Positions 1 through 12,744 of a DNA stretch of 64,000 nucleotides are shown piece by piece. This DNA comes from Tubiluchus corallicola (lineage: Eukaryota > Animalia > Priapulida), in NCBI GenBank assembly GCA_030141605.1, contig JAQGDQ010000034.1:434001-498000 (forward strand), read 5' to 3'. The notes under the pieces are model-generated. The model was not told the DNA's origin. It ran no database searches and saw only the letters and a program-made list of their open reading frames with translations. Each line of letters opens with the position of its first letter. Position 1 is the first letter of the stretch. The translations under genes and the position numbers were made by a program.

Positions 1-1017
1 ACGTTTGTTTACAAACGCTGCCGGTTGGCATCTTGCCAAGTCGCTGACATTTACTACTGCCGGATAGCGTGTATTGAATGGCATTTTGGCGGCAGTAAAT
101 CCGGTTAGTCAATGAAACTTTTATCATATTATATAACTTATAATAGCGGAATTCCTCGAACTGGCCAGCCCGTCTCTAATAATATAACATGCGGTATTTA
201 TGATTTTATGTTTGCTTGGTAAAATTAGGAGCGTTCCCCTGCGTACGTGCATGATAAGTAGCAGTTTTTTTGCGTGCTTTTGAAGAAAATAAAAAGATAA
301 TAAAGCTGGCGTGCTGCAGTTCAAAATTTTCTGTACATTTGGCAAATCTCAAAACATACGCAAAGTTACACATTTTTCTTGATCCAAATGACTGCCGATG
401 TGGTCAACCTGTAGTGTCTAGCGATGGATCGTTAAAGTTAAAAATGTCATCTGAACGGCAATTGAAGGACGAATCTCATTGAAAACATGACTTGTCTTCG
501 CGTTGCGGGCACTAAGCGAATTCGTCGACTCAACTTCTCATTAAAACTGTCACCTTGACAAAGTTATTACAGCTGTGACCTAATTAACAAGTTACCAAGT
601 GTAATTCGTTCAAAAGTTGAATTTCTGTCTACTGTATTTACGCGAAATTACTAGCTATTAAATAGTTTTATCACACTGCCCGCCCCGTACATTTTAACAA
701 TGTATAATCATTTTAATTTAGAATCACGTCTCAATCTGCATTAATATTAGCGTTTTAATTACACAAAGCATAAATTTATTTTATTACGTTAACCAGTTAT
801 TAGCAAATTTGAATGTGAAACGTCAAAGTTATTACATTTTAAAAAATCGCTCACGCAGTGCACATTCTGCTTGCTGGTGTTAAATGGTCAAGCTGAGCAT
901 TTTAGTTTGCTAAAGTATCTGTGTCAGTTCGTAAGGCAAAAAGCAATGAACAGCAATAAAATGTGTTATGTGTTTGCTCACTGTTCAGAGAGTATTCGAT
1001 GATTGTTGTTCAAGGGG

Positions 1018-1029
1018 GAGGGAGCGAGT

Positions 1030-1060
<31 letters not shown>

Positions 1061-1105
1061 GGGAGAGAGCAGGCGAGAGAGTGAGAGGAGGGAGAGAGAG
1101 AGAGA
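1018..1105. repeat. (GA)n-rich purine tract upstream of the SLC6 gene
   Basis: Imperfect GAGA run seen directly, with a second short run near 1190-1202; explains the spurious ERERER ORF. Confidence 0.9.
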
Positions 1106-2305
1106 CTTTATTAATTGAATTTGCTAATTGCTCGGATATATATATGTATATGTGCAATAAAAGTTACGCTATTTGCAGTGGAGAAAGAAAGAGAGAGAGA
1201 GATATTACCACAGTTTTATTGAATTCTGTATGATGTAAGGCATATAATGCATATCAGTATGCTTATGCATTTGTTAAAACACTGCTTCTTTTGGAATTTA
1301 GAACTTAATAATTTATAAGGCGAAAAGGCAATAAATGCATGATTCCGGTTCGCTGCATCGTGCTTTTGGATTTGCAATAATGTATTTATATGTGTCAAAT
1401 CTTAATCAAATCATTTGGGCTTGGAATGTTTATCAGATTAAATGCAGCCATTGATAATCGGCTGTTGTAGAAGGCCGGCAAAGCCTACTTAAAGCAAACA
1501 CAGTTAGCATACTTGTTTTGAATATGTTCTCCATTTATATTATATTATTTATTTAATTGTGATATGTCTGTTTACCAACGTCATTTGAATAAATAAAGGA
1601 AGGCTTATTTATTAAATACTCAACACACCTTTTTCAGCAATAAAATCAAGATTTGACATTTGAGATTTTGAGTAACAGTTCTTCAGAGAGCTTCCTGACT
1701 GTTTTCCCACTTTTGGTCAAAGGATATTCGATCTTTTACTCTTTTGTTTCATGCATAAATTGAAGTAATTTCAGTCGTCTCTTAATTGTAATTAGATTCT
1801 TCAGTTCACTTGTTCAATCGGTAATGGGTAATAAAGCTGTAGGAAAAATATTCATGCAAAAAAATTCACAATTCTGGTTAGGTAAAAGTCATAATTAATT
1901 TTGCTTAAGTTACAATTAATTTAATTAGGGTTATATCTTTTTTTCTTATTCCTTTTATCCTCTGGGTTTTTTACGTGTATTTTCATTCAATCAGTCACCA
2001 CTTTCAGTGTCAAAAAGGTTCCATTTTGTATAGTAATTAAATTTCCATCAATTCACTTTTTATTCATGTGGCCATGTGCTGTATAAACTATTCATAAATT
2101 ATAAAATTCTAACAACATTTATTTACTTAATTACATTCTTATAAATACTTACTTACTTATTCATCCATTATTGGTTCTATTTATCTATTATTATTATTAT
2201 TATTATTATTTATTCATACATATTCACTACTTGAATAAATTTAGTCTCAGCTGTACTATTTTAATAAAATAGTACATATTTTAATACTATTTTTTATGAC
2301 AGTCA

Positions 2306-5300
2306 ATGAGTGAAAAAATTAAGTATATTTTTGAAGTGCAGGTAAATTATGTTTTACTACATTTGATGAGACATTTACTAGTGTTTAAAGTGCTACTAAA
2401 CACATTTATTTCATTTTGATTGGTATATTAGTTTAGTGTTTAATTCATTGGGCATCTGCCTAGATGTGGACGAGAGATTTACTTTTTCACCTTTTGCTAT
2501 TGTTGATGATATCACATGTATTATATTAATTTGTAGATTGATGATGGTTTTCCAACGGAGAATGAATCTCATCTTACAATGGTGCCAAGCACCCAGCAGT
2601 TCTTTCCCGAGAATGATGTGGAAAATGCATCCATCAGCGGATCTGATGTCTCCGATGTAGAAGTTGAACGAGGCAACTGGACGGGACGCTTTGACTTCCT
2701 CCTTTCCTTGCTGGGCTACTCGGTTGGGCTTGGGAACGTGTGGCGATTCCCCTACCTTTGCTATCAGAATGGCGGAGGTTTGTATAAAGAATTTGTCTTG
2801 ACAGATTAGCATGATGAGCTAGGAAGTATCTTTTCAACTTCCTTATTTATGTAGTACCAGTCATATAACTGTAATGTAGCATCAGCCTGAACTTGCACAT
2901 GGTAAATGTTCGCAATTATTACAAACCTATCAAATGCGTCACATCACTCAATCCTAATTTACGGTCATATCACAAACAAGCATGAAATTGGACTTGCTGT
3001 CCAACGTCGCCAACCACATTGTAATTGGCTGCATAATAGTAGTGTTGTCTGAAAATTATGCCTGTACTACTGTCGTTCTTGTCAGCAACAGCACTGGGTC
3101 ACACACTGAGTTTGCTTGCTAAGCATTGTATACGTCAAAATATGCTCTGCCGCTCAATATGCAGAGGCGGTGCTGGCTGAACATAACCATGTCTATATAA
3201 CACTCTGCAATCACTAGAATCACTGCCCCACCAAGAAGACTTTTTTTCCTAATTTTTTTTATTTTACATCTTTCTTTACTTTGTTCAATTTCATCCATTT
3301 TATTCTCAGCTACATGTGTCTATTATTTTGTCTGTTTGTCTGTTCATGGTAGTTCTCGGAAACCGCTAATCTGATTTTGAAATCTAAACTCTAGTTGTGC
3401 AGTAAAAAGTCTGGATGCTTGTCACGGTTACCTAGCAATGGCCGAAAAACTTCTAATACTGGTACAATTCTCGTTTCAACATCCGTCTTCTCCGAAGGTG
3501 CTGAGGAGGAAACTTGGTACTATCATACTTTGCATAATTATGTAAAAGATGTTACAGCCGAAATTTGAAATTTCTGTCTCTCTCTATCCGTCTACTTAAG
3601 CCATCGAACCACTATATATATATATATATATAAGCCAGCCAGCTTGTGTAAGATACAGTATATAATTGGGATTGATTAGAAAGTTTTTCGTTTTATTTTC
3701 TTTAGGTGCCTTTTTGGTTCCATTCGTGGTAATGCTTATTGTAGCTGGACTACCTCTCATGTTCATGGAGCTGTCATTTGGGCAATACGTCAGTCGCGGG
3801 CCTGTGGTCATTTTTGAAAAATTTCTACCTCTGTTTAAAGGTAAGTTTGAAGCATCCTTGTATTGTTGCTTTAAATGTTCTAAAAGATGAAGCATAGAAC
3901 TTTAGTTTGCTTTAACAAAACTAAAACAGCCTAATAGGCAGTGAGTATTGAGTTGCGATCAGCTCGTATGATGTAAAAACTGTACTCGAAATTGTCAGTA
4001 CAAAAGCTCTTTATTAATAGGCTCACCTATTAATGTCACCAGTCGTGTCGCTGCTGCATTCCACATTGTGAAACGGTGGCTCCCACCCAGGTCAACTGTA
4101 AGTCCCCTTGTTCAACTGCCTTTCAGTGCCATGCTATTGATGCCTTTATATGCTACAGCTTGGCTCTCGTTTATCATTTGTTATTATCATGTCACCATGT
4201 CATGTATCTGTCAGTTAATTGCTTGTTAACCGTATTTTTTATCTTGCAGGTCTGGGATTTGGCATGGTAGTTGTTTCCGGAGTCGTGTGCTTGTATTATA
4301 ATATGATTATTGCGTGGTCTATTTATTATTTATTCGTCTCATTTCGATCGCAACTGCCTTGGGAAACCTGTGATCCGTCTTGGGCGACCAAAGGTGAGAA
4401 CTGTGCTGCCATCTCCTTTATGCCTTGTCTGGTGAATGACTTGCCTTCAGCTGTAAAAGCATATTTAGCATTCTGCACCTAGGGGCCATCCACACGTAAT
4501 GATATCAAGTTTAGGGTAGGTAGGTGGCATGTCAGCCAAGTTCAAGGTCATTCTAGATGTATAGGATAATGTCCACTTTAACTTGTTCATCATAACAAAA
4601 TAATGTCAACACATCGCTTATTTAACAAATTATCTGTACTGACCTTAAGTTTCAGCTTTCCTTTCCTTTGCTCCTATCAATTTGAGGGTGCAGTAAATAC
4701 TTCCAGTTTAACTTATCTGTTAATATAACTTCCTGAAATTTTTACTTGACAGACTGTTACTCATTTAAGGAAGCCGACGAATGTTTGGGCGTTTTTTATG
4801 ACGGCATTTGCTACAGTTCTGAGAATGCCACCAGATTCAATATTACTCACGAACTAGTCAATGATACGATGCATCGTAAAGCACCAGCTGAAGAGTATTT
4901 TAAGTAAGTATGGTCTGCCATGATTCATGATCGCTATAAAGTAAAGGAAAACGGACTGATTTTTTATATCCTACCTGATTTTGAAATACGGTAAAAAGTA
5001 TGTATTTTAACTCCTATAATAGTTCCAAAGCATTTTTGATAATTAAGTAATAGATTGGAAACTTAACTAATGGCAGGCGAGACTAACTAATGATGACATC
5101 ACAACTGAACGTACTTTTCAACAGCACAAACATTCCGCGAGCATGTTACATGTGTTTACGAAAGTGAAAATTGAAGTACAGGACTACTGTAACAGATTCA
5201 GTGTGTTGTGCTAAAACTCGGCAAGTTTTAAGATGAAAATTCATTTTCAAGTTTCGAGCTGTGAGCGCTCGAACCTGCGCACGACACACAACAACCATAC

Positions 5301-8300
5301 GGCACTTTCTGTTGTGCATCTTGTTTCCAAAATGCAGGCGCTAGTGCCCATCTAGCTGACGATTGGCAAAATGCATGTAACAGCGAAAAACAAGCAACGC
5401 GAATGCAGAATTGCTCTCTTTCACATAAGTCATTCTTGAAAAAATAGCATATTTCCTTTCAATGTTTTGTAAAGTAGATTGTTTTGACCTTCAGTTTGAA
5501 ATTTGATTCCGTTTTCCTTTAACTTTTATAATACATGTGCCTTGGTGTAAGATTTGACGATTGTTTTCAAAATGACCAGTATTGAATCATATGCTCTCTT
5601 TACATTTACTGCATCATTTAATTGTCACCAATGGAATATGTCTACATGTGTAGATTTGCATTTTGCATTTTTCAGCAATCACGTTCTATCTCTGTCGAAG
5701 GGCATTGGTGAAATTGGGCAGGTACAGTGGCAACTGCTCGTTTCACTGTTAGCTGCGTGGATTATAGTATTTGCGTGCTTGAGTAAAGGAGTACAAACAT
5801 CTGGGAAGGTGAGCATTATGGTCAAGTTTTTGTGTTGTAAATGCATGTGTGGTGTTGCTCAATTTTACTTTTGTGAATTTACCAATCACTTCAGATATAG
5901 CTAGCCTACTGTGCCCTCTATTATAAACCTGACTCGCCAATAAACCTTTGTCTTTTATTGCTGTCAGTCTGGTCTTGAAAATACTGAATGAACATTAATC
6001 TTTGTTTTATTATGAATAAATAATTTCTTGTTCTAAATACTGATAGCTACTTATTAATTCTATATGATCTAATTTCAAAATTAAACTGTTAATATTTACA
6101 TCTAATTCTCTTGCTGCTTCTCTAGCTAAGTTATTCTTTAGAGAACAAATCAATTTTACCTGTTAATTTTGGATTTGGTCATCTTCTAGGTGGTGTACTT
6201 CACAGCACTCTTTCCATATTTAGTTCTCTTCATCCTGTTTTTCCGCGGAGTAACTCTTCCGGGAGCTCTCGATGGCATAATATGGTATGTGACGCCAAAC
6301 TTCAGCAAGCTGGGTGACGCTAAGGTGAGACTGTTTATAGATTAGATTAGATTGGATATATTGACTAATTGTTACAATTACACTGTATAAGAACTTAACA
6401 AAGAAGAAATTAGTCCAACAAGAATAATACTCAACGTCATGTAACAATTAAAACCTGAAACAATCAGACAATGTTATTGACTAGCTTCGTGTCCTGATGA
6501 GTGAAGTAGAGAGTCCTTGTTAATATTGTCAGAGACAGGCTTGTTTCTGACAAATGTAGTTTTTCCACAATGACATAACACGTGTTCTTCATCCTGTATG
6601 GCACCATTAGCACCCAGTGCACATCTGTATATGGTGCAGTGGTGGCTCGTAGTTAAAATTAGTGGGATTGCTGCTTCAGAAACTTTTTAGCTATTTTTTT
6701 AATAGTACACTTGTGTACTTGTGCATTATTCTCCTATTCTTTGTTTGCTTGTTGTTGCAATGTTTCTGATTATTAATCATCGCATTAGCAGTTTGTTAAC
6801 CCCATGGCACATTTTACCATAAAATGCTGGATTTACTTTGTTGTTGTAATTTGCAAATATTATTAATTCTTAAAAATTCTTGTATTTTTGGGTATTAGGT
6901 GTGGCAAGATGCAGCTGTTCAGATATTCTTTGCTCTCAGTCCCGCTTGGGGCGGTCTCATCACTTTAGCATCTTACAACAAGTTCCACAATAATTGCTAC
7001 AAGTAAGTGCACAAAATTTTACGTGTTCGGCAATAAACCAGTGGCGCAGCTAATGGCGGGAGCGACATCTTGAGTACATTTTTCTAAATTGGCACCGTCT
7101 CGACGATTTTTTCAATCTTATTTATTTTGTTAATCGTGTGGCCTTGGAAGAATTTTCTGGAGTCATTCATTACTGGTTTAATTTTAAATACAAAATGACA
7201 ATTATGTACTTCCTTTAAAGCTGTATCTTCCGCGCATTTTGATTTTAAACACACAATTAAAATGTGTAATCAATGTGTTATAATTTGTTTCTTACTTACT
7301 AGACATGCTTAAGCAAAGATGATTATTAGTAAGTAAATATTATTAACTCGTGTTTCAGGGATTCGCTGATTGTATCTGTAAGTAACGTACTGACCAGTAT
7401 TTTTGCTGGTTTTGTGATATTCTCGGTTATTGGATTTCTTGCTCATGAACTGGAAAAACCAGTGGATAAAGTGGTAAATCAAGGTAAATAAAAATTTCAA
7501 CTTGTAGTAGCTCCACAAAAAAGTCTGTGTTTGCCACGTTGTTGTTGCTTTTTTGTTACTGAAACTGCTTTTGCTGTTGCTATATTCTTCATTTAATAGC
7601 TTTTTATCAATTTTTAATAGTGTGATATCACAATAGAATTGCTCTGTATTTTAAATTTTTATGAAAAAATGGATCATGACAATAGTAAATTGTGTTTTAA
7701 GTGACATATCCAGCCAGTTTGGCCGAAGAAGCTCAGTAAGCGCGAGTAATTGATGCAATGCTTCATTTTCCGGGCTAGTTTCTTACTATTGTATACTTGC
7801 ATTTTATTATAACGTATGCTTTGTTGTGCTTGGCGTTTTATTTATGGGCAAAGGAACCTGATATGGACTATTAATGGAACTATACATTTGCTTGGCGAAC
7901 AAATCAAAACTGAAAATATTTCTAATAAACATTATTTTTCAAAGTTAGTATTGTTTTATTGTAAGATGGTAAGAAGAGCTATACAAATTTAGGAATTGCA
8001 TATTTGCCTATCATGATAGAACCATTGTTCTGGAAGTGATAGCATTCACTGATTCTTGCAGGTGCTGGCTTGGCATTTTTTGTATATCCAGAAGTAGTAA
8101 CACGGCTTCCCATTTCACCGCTGTGGTCAGTGCTCTTCTTTCTCATGCTCATAACGTTGGGACTAGATAGCCAGGTACAGTTATTGATTGTTTAAACATT
8201 GTCCTAAGAATAACTTACCCATTATATTTATTATATATTTTGCCGCTGTTCTTGCTGACATAACTGTTTTTTATGTAAATTCTTGCTGCTAGACTGATAC

Positions 8301-10656
8301 CGATCCTTTTTTTTCTATTGTTATGATCAGTTTTAGTTGCCGACAGACTGTTACCTACCGAATACTTTTGACGCTCTTGAAGTTTTTCCCTGGTTTCCAC
8401 AGACTTTCTGTTGGTTACACTAAGCAAATTATTGATTTTTTGTCTGTTACGAACTTGGGCAATGAATAAATCAAAAGAAATTTACTATCAACTTCATTTA
8501 GAATTGCATTTTTTCCAGTTTGCACTTTTGGAAACAATGACAACGGCCATTTTCGACCGCTACCCAAAACTTATTTCAAAGAAAACATGGGTTGTACTGT
8601 TGACCTGCACTGTGGGCTTCCTCTTTGGAATAGTGTTTTGTGCTCAGGTAGGTGATGAGTTAGAATTTTGAAGTGCTCTGTCTCGTACAGTGTGAGAGAA
8701 CCGCATACACCAATGCTAAATACGGAATGTTCACTGTAAATCAAAAATTGATAACCCATACGTGGCACCAACGCTTCAATGGCAAGTGGGTAAACCAAAA
8801 ATAATAATATTACGGCCAGCAGAAGATGGCGTTATTGTTATTACCAACATCATAGATATGAGGAATGCATTGTACTTTTTTACCCGCTAGCCGTCGGTTG
8901 GCACAGCTTGTCACATGCAGGCAGAGCGGATTCTCCAATTATAGTGTTATTCTCTGTGGAAAAAACTTTATCTATATATTTTTTCTTACCAGCATTGTCG
9001 TTGATTATGTTCATAATCGGCGCTTTCTTGATTTAGGGTGGAATGTATGTCTTGGAACTGATGGACACGTATGCAGCTAGCTGGTGTGTAATGTTAATGG
9101 CCTTCTTGGAATGCATTCTCATTGCCTGGGTTTATGGTAAATAAGCAATTTCACTTTCATTTAATATAATTATATCTTCACAGCTCACGTAAGAGCATAT
9201 TAATTGCAAATTAGTAAAGTTCAGTTTTTTACAAGTACCTGTACATTGTTTTCTGATCTATACTGTGTCAACACGTGCTAGATTACAGGTAAAATTTTAC
9301 ATTTGACATTTTAATTTGCTTTTAGTTTTCATTCTATGTGCTTTTTTGTAGGTGCTGATAGGTTTCTTCGTGATATAGAATCCATGATTGGTCCTTATCG
9401 AAGACTTTGGCACTACACGTGGATGTTCATGTGGAAGTTTCTTACACCTTCAGCTCTGATTGTAAGTTGAATTTTATATCTGATGCCTTTCTGGTGTTTA
9501 GCAAACTTTGCATCAATGCAGCATTCTCTATAATAAAAATTCTTGATGTAAAAATGCCTTCTTGGGTAGCAAAATAGTAGAAGCTTGAAATAAATCGTAT
9601 AAATCTGATATAATCATGCAGTAACCTTAATTGCACAACAAGGTGGTAAACATAAATGTTTACGAATGGGAAACCTCACAGTTATAGGCAAGATAAACAA
9701 TACTCTAATCCTTGTCACTAGTGGTCATATCCCTGTTCACATCCTTTACCTGAATGAGAACTTTCGTCTCTTTCCATTATATTATACCTTGAAAACGATT
9801 ATTTGATTTGCTGCAAGAGACTGGATGAAAAACATCTTATAATTTAGTGCTGATAATACAAGAATATGGAACATCTTGATTATTTGCAATGTACAGTAAC
9901 TAAAACTGTACCTAGCAGCTACTTGTTGTAATATTGTATAAACATTTTATCTTTGATTACTATCATACATTACAACAAAACAAGCATCATTTATACGGCA
10001 TCTATTTGTACAAAGATGGTAGCTTGAGGAAAGTAGCTGCAATAGACGTCATGTTATATCGTTTTCTAATTATTAGTACATATATTGTAACTTTTTTCAT
10101 ACTAAGCCTACATTTTTTGCAGTTCATTTTGGTCTTTAGCTGGATCAAGTATAAGCCAATATCGTCTGAAGTTTATGTTTATCCTTTCTGGGCAAATTTA
10201 ATCGGTTGGTTCCTTGCCGTTGCACCAATCATCGCCATTCCAATCTTTGCAATTGAGCAGATCCAGAAGTGCAATGAAGCAACATTTTTCAAGGTAAACA
10301 AGAGACCTTTTGTTCACAAGTGAACATTTTTTCTTTGTTTGTGTCACTAATCTAAGAAAATGCCAGTGTTCAAAAGCTATAGCAACAGCGCCTGCACAAA
10401 ATCTTTTTCACTTGTCTAAATTGGCAAATTTGTGTTGTAGAAAATTATCAAATTGCTGAAGCCCTCAGCTGAATGGAAGCCTAGTCACAAACAATGCCAC
10501 ACATGTCGAAAACACTGGGGTGAGGCAGACATCGAGGAGGGTAAAGCTATGACAAACATGAGCAGTAAAAACTTCCTAAACCCGGGTTTCAACAGAATTC
10601 CCACGTCTGACTCGATGACCGAGTTTAATGGCGGCTACTTCCTAAATAAAGAATGA
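2306..10656 (+). CDS. SLC6 sodium:neurotransmitter symporter, glycine-transporter-like (amino acid branch), about 680 aa, 15 coding exons
   Basis: Exons 2306-2341, 2537-2777, 3706-3840, 4250-4393, 4753-4903, 5676-5808, 6190-6324, 6899-7002, 7359-7483, 8062-8174, 8519-8647, 9037-9136, 9352-9461, 10123-10293, 10441-10656. All GT-AG and phase-consistent; total 2043 nt. Motifs: [39 protein letters not shown] (TM1, Gly rather than the Asp of monoamine transporters), [54 protein letters not shown] (close to GlyT2), GAGLAF, LGLDSQF. The first 36-nt exon is the least certain. Confidence 0.93.
3290..3590 (+). mobile_element. Degenerate Helentron/DINE-like non-autonomous element fragment
   Basis: GTCTGTTTGTCTGT microsatellite followed by CTCGGAAACCGCT...GATTTTGAAAT and later GAAACTTGGTA / CCGAAATTTGAAATTT, resembling DINE/HINE cores. 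Boundaries are approximate. Confidence 0.3.
4945..5518. mobile_element. Non-autonomous DNA transposon (Kolobok-type MITE)
   Basis: 11-bp perfect terminal inverted repeat AGGAAAACGGA / TCCGTTTTCCT, flanked by GTAA (left) and TTAA (right), consistent with a TTAA target duplication carrying one mutation. Confidence 0.6.
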
Positions 10657-12555
10657 AAATGCATATGGTAATTCGGGTTATTCAAGAGTGGACATGCTTT
10701 GTGATTTGGTGATAGGCACAGAAGACCAAAGATTTGTAAATATTGATTACTCTCTGTTACACTTGTGGTGGAGAGTTTAAACACATATGAACCAAATCAT
10801 CAAACGTTGCATGGCAATAATATATCAACTATGCAAAAAAGTGTAAATGGTGGTAGTGCAGCTGAAATGGAGTGTTCTTACTCTGCTAAAAGTGGTCTTT
10901 AGGAAATGGATTCACTAAGAATAGAAGATATGGATGATCTGAGAATTGAAAGAACTGGTTTTCATTCTGACAGATATGTTGAATCTGTACAAGATCATAA
11001 AAGGGGTGAATGTGGTGTGATTTGTGCAGGCTTTAGGTGTTGCTAGCTACATGTGACTGTGCTTTAGTCGCTTTTAACGGAGTGATAAAGCATTTGAAAA
11101 GGTGCCAGAAAAGCCAAATTTCAGTCATGCAGTAAAAGTTGTGGAGTGCCCGCATATTTCAATTGAATCAGTTGCCTCTTAACTTTATCAACACATTTGT
11201 GACCTTGTATTATTATAACTTACACTCCATACAGTTGTATGTAAGTGATGAGTGTGAAGCCAAACGAAAGGAAACACTTTCAACATGATCATTCGCTTAG
11301 CCAAAGTAAATGTTGTCTGTTTGTGATAAATGATTACTATTGCATTACCTAGCTTGCATATTACACATGAGGTCAAAAGAATGCGGGGATAAAGGTTGGA
11401 GGAATTGAATCTCATGACGCAATATTCTTAAAATTTCCTGTATTATCAATTCACGTGTCAACAGAATGCAAATTTTCTAAAGTAGGAATCTTGGTCTCCC
11501 AAGTTACAGAGTAGCATTACAGAATGGAGCCAATAGTGCTTTTCTGTGGATCTAGCATTGATGTGCTATTTTGTGCGAAAAGGTATCTCGTAAACCAATT
11601 TCACTGGAGTTTTTGAAAAGTGCTCAAAGTACTAAAGAGTTTCGGCTACACTCAAAGAATGCATTTTCTTGATCGTGGATTCTATCATTCTACCACGGTG
11701 ATGTTTGTGAACCGTCTACAATTATTAGTACTGTTGAACATGTTTTATAAAGTGATTGTAGATATTTTTATAGTCAGTTTCTGCATGATCTTGAGCAAAG
11801 TAGTGTCAACACATGTATTTAAGTTTGTATCTGTTTGTTTTGCCTTGTCTCGTGATGTCTAAAGAATTTTAAATTCTTGAAAAATTTGTCAGGGTAGTCG
11901 GGGGCTGCAGTACATCACACTGAGCATGATTCTGACTGACCATGTATCGACGTCATTTCAGAACCAGAATTATTCCGTTTTTGATTATAATATAAACTCT
12001 GTACTACGTTCGTTATAAGCAGTGTAAGCTAGCACATCATTTTAGGCTGCTTTAGGCTTCTCAGGTCTTTCGGTGGATGTGCAGCACTTCTGTCGAAATT
12101 GTTAGGCCATTATTGTTCAATTTGTGAGATCTTAATATTTACTATGTTGGGAATTACGAGTTTAATATGTATTATCAGCAAATTCTTTTTGCTACTTCTC
12201 TGTGGTATGGTACACACGGTGAATGACATATTTCCTTAGTTACGCTCTGGTATTGACTGGTAAACCATAACACATTCATGTATGGTATGAACTGTATGTA
12301 TATATGTAATATACAGCCTGTTATTTTTTCCTGTTAAGAAGGTTAATAATATCATAATGCAAAATGTATTATAAATGAGTGATTTGTTAGTGTTAAGTTT
12401 CAGCCTGGCTTAGCAATAGCTAGTTATTAACAGTTACTATTCTGATCATCTTAATAGTGCTTAGTTTTAAAGAGTCCAAATTAGTCGTCTGTGAATGTAT
12501 TTACAGCATAATTTTGTGATACTAATGGGTCTTGGAAATTGACACCGTGTAGTTA

Positions 12556-12744
12556 CAGTCAAACCCCTTTATACCGCCCATTTTGGGATGTCAGAGAAAG
12601 CTGACATTAAGCGAGTTTGACATTATAAAGAGGTGCATTAATACGTACATGTCTATGCAAATATGGACATTTTGTTTTGCCAAAAATTTCGGCATTGAGC
12701 AATATTAGTGTTGTAAAGAAGAGTGTTATGACAAGGTTTAACTG
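12556..12744. mobile_element. Tc1/mariner (pogo/Tigger-type) MITE downstream of the SLC6 stop codon
   Basis: TA|CAGTCAAACC ... GGTTTAACTG|TA: terminal inverted repeats and TA target duplication. Confidence 0.7.
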
